Below are positions 1-566 of a DNA stretch of 566 bases, piece by piece (position 1 is the first letter of the stretch; the number at the start of each line of letters is the position of its first letter). Position numbers and translations under genes: made by a program. The stretch is from a phage, in the sequence record EF517027.1; one strand, 5' to 3'. The notes beneath the pieces are model-generated. The model searched no databases. It had not been told where the DNA came from and saw only the letters and a program-made list of their open reading frames with translations.

Positions 1-1
1 T

Positions 2-106
2 TGGGAAAAAGAAAACCCACCAGTACAAGCAACTGGGTGTATAACTTGCTTAGAGAAAGATGACCGTTATCCACACACACCTGTAACAAAGGAGCTAACG
101 ATATGA
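2..106 (+). CDS. 5'-truncated ORF in the +2 frame, probably the N-terminal part of the same gene 1.7-like protein, displaced by a frame change and ending at TGA 104-106
   Basis: Frame 2 is open from position 2 to TGA 104-106 (34 codons: WEKENPPVQATGCITCLEKDDRYPHTPVTKELTI). Its stop overlaps the downstream ATG as ATGA (103-106). Frame 1 is simultaneously open from 64 onward, so both frames are open across 64-103. The start codon is upstream of the window. Confidence 0.45.
   Translation, partial: WEKENPPVQATGCITCLEKDDRYPHTPVTKELTI
49..60 (+). repeat. 12-nt exact direct repeat CTTAGAGAAAGA, copy 1
   Basis: Identical 12-mer at 49-60 and 495-506; flanking bases differ on both sides (48 g vs 494 a; 61 t vs 507 c). 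Confidence 0.5.
73..80 (+). repeat. (AC)4 dinucleotide repeat within C(CA)4CC; candidate slipped-strand indel site
   Basis: Positions 71-81 read ccacacacacc. The switch between the two open coding frames maps inside this tract. Confidence 0.55.
89..94 (+). promoter_or_regulatory. Shine-Dalgarno / ribosome-binding site for the ATG at 103
   Basis: AAGGAG is a perfect match to the core SD sequence, with an 8-nt spacer (95-102) to ATG 103-105. Confidence 0.65.
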
Positions 107-566
107 CCGAACGTGAACAAGAGATGATTATTAAGTTGATAGACAATAATGAAAGTCGCCCAGATGATTTGAATGGCTGCGGTATTCTCTGCTCCAATGT
201 CCCTTGCCACCTCTGCCTCGCAAATAACGATCAAAAGATAACCTTAGGTGAAATCCGAGCGATGGACCCACGTAAACCACATCTGAATAAACTTGAGGTA
301 ACTCCTACAGATGACCAGCCTTCCGCTGAGACAATCGAAGGTGTCACTAAGTCTTCCCACTATATGCTGTTTGGCGACATTGAGGTTATCGAAGTGATTG
401 CTCGTTCAATGACCGTTGAGCAGTTCAAGGGATACTGCTTCGGTAACATCTTAAAGTACAGACTACGTGCTGGTAAGAAGTCAGAGTTAGCGTACTTAGA
501 GAAAGACCTAACGAAAGCAGACTTCTATAAAGAATTCTTTGAGAAACATAAGGATAAATGTTATGC
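103..566 (+). CDS. 1.7: T7-group gene 1.7 protein (nucleotide kinase gp1.7-like), reading frame of the short/internally initiated form; 3' partial, frame still open at window end
   Basis: ATG 103-105 lies 8 nt downstream of AAGGAG (89-94). Frame 1 is then open for 154 complete codons to position 564 plus 2 nt, with no stop; frames 2 and 3 are full of stops downstream of 106. Translation: MTEREQEMIIKLIDNNESRPDDLNGCGILCSNVPCHLCLANNDQKITLGEIRAMDPRKPHLNKLEVTPTDDQPSAETIEGVTKSSHYMLFGDIEVIEVIARSMTVEQFKGYCFGNILKYRLRAGKKSELAYLEKDLTKADFYKEFFEKHKDKCYA. Identification as T7 gene 1.7 is from memory of the protein and gene order, not from a search. Confidence 0.8.
   Translation, partial: MTEREQEMIIKLIDNNESRPDDLNGCGILCSNVPCHLCLANNDQKITLGEIRAMDPRKPHLNKLEVTPTDDQPSAETIEGVTKSSHYMLFGDIEVIEVIARSMTVEQFKGYCFGNILKYRLRAGKKSELAYLEKDLTKADFYKEFFEKHKDKCY
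495..506 (+). repeat. 12-nt exact direct repeat CTTAGAGAAAGA, copy 2
   Basis: Identical to 49-60. Here it encodes L-E-K-D in frame 1 (codons 496-507); copy 1 encodes L-E-K-D in frame 2 (codons 50-61). Confidence 0.5.
563..566 (+). CDS. Possible start of the next gene (gene 1.8-like in T7 order), overlapping the 3' end of the 1.7-like ORF; only the first 4 nt are in the window
   Basis: ATG 563-565 is in a different frame from the 1.7-like ORF and is preceded by AAGGA (550-554) with an 8-nt spacer. The nearer ATG 558-560 has only a 3-nt spacer and is a poorer candidate. Overlapping start/stop is typical of T7-group early genes. The body of the gene is outside the window, so this cannot be confirmed. 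Confidence 0.3.

Noticed and set aside
5-16. A-rich run gggaaaaagaaaaccc as a possible transcriptional slippage site or regulatory element
   Set aside because: The homopolymer runs are only 4-5 nt and sit inside the open coding frame, with no adjacent hairpin or promoter-like context.
60-68. 9-mer ATGACCGTT repeated at 60-68 and 409-417, with ATGACCG also at 103-109
   Set aside because: These are short codon-level recurrences (Met-Thr-Val / Met-Thr) too short to separate from chance or codon bias; no associated structure or symmetry.
60-86. Short frame-3 ORF ATG...TAA (MTVIHTHL)
   Set aside because: Eight codons, no ribosome-binding site, and it lies across the frame-change tract within a region better explained by the 1.7-like coding frames.
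71-106. Programmed ribosomal frameshift joining the two frames
   Set aside because: There is no slippery heptamer of the X XXY YYZ type and no obvious downstream stimulatory hairpin or pseudoknot. The required shift (+2 or -1 at a CA repeat) is more simply explained by a dinucleotide indel or a sequencing error.
348-365. T7-promoter-like stretch taagtcttcccactata ending in the conserved CACTATA core
   Set aside because: Only 11 of 17 positions match the T7 RNA polymerase consensus TAATACGACTCACTATA. Mismatches fall at -11, -10 and -8, within the specificity-determining GACT, and the +1 to +3 positions are TGC rather than GGG. It lies inside a coding region where no T7 promoter is known to me, so it is most likely codon-driven coincidence.
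435-446. Possible C-UUCG-G tetraloop hairpin (ctgcttcggtaa)
   Set aside because: The stem is only about 3 bp including a G-U pair, too weak to be a credible structured RNA element or terminator, and no U-tract follows.
231-449. Minus-strand ORF of about 72 codons (ATG at plus 449-447, stop at plus 233-231), in an antisense frame with only three stops across the whole window
   Set aside because: This is the antisense frame that is typically depleted of stops opposite a real gene (shadow ORF). There is no convincing SD, T7-group phages transcribe from one strand only, and the + strand frame is clearly the coding one.

Overview
This 566-nt window is almost entirely protein-coding on the + strand and reads as the interior of one early-region gene of a T7-group coliphage. 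The translated product (MTEREQEMIIKLIDNNESRPDDLNGCGILCSNVPCHLC...EKHKDKCYA) matches, from memory, T7 gene 1.7 protein (nucleotide kinase). A strong Shine-Dalgarno (AAGGAG 89-94) and ATG 103 open a frame that has no stop through the end of the window. Upstream, a different frame (+2) is open from the window start to TGA 104-106 and also looks coding. The two frames can be joined by a frame change inside a C(CA)4CC tract (71-81), so the full-length gene appears frame-broken here while the internally initiated short form is intact. I see no rRNA, tRNA, CRISPR array, mobile element or terminator, and no evidence of a novel multi-gene system. The items worth a second look are the frame break, a four-cysteine cluster, a 12-nt direct repeat and a GAATTC site that I believe is absent from wild-type T7. 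All comparisons to T7 are recalled, not searched, and need checking by alignment.
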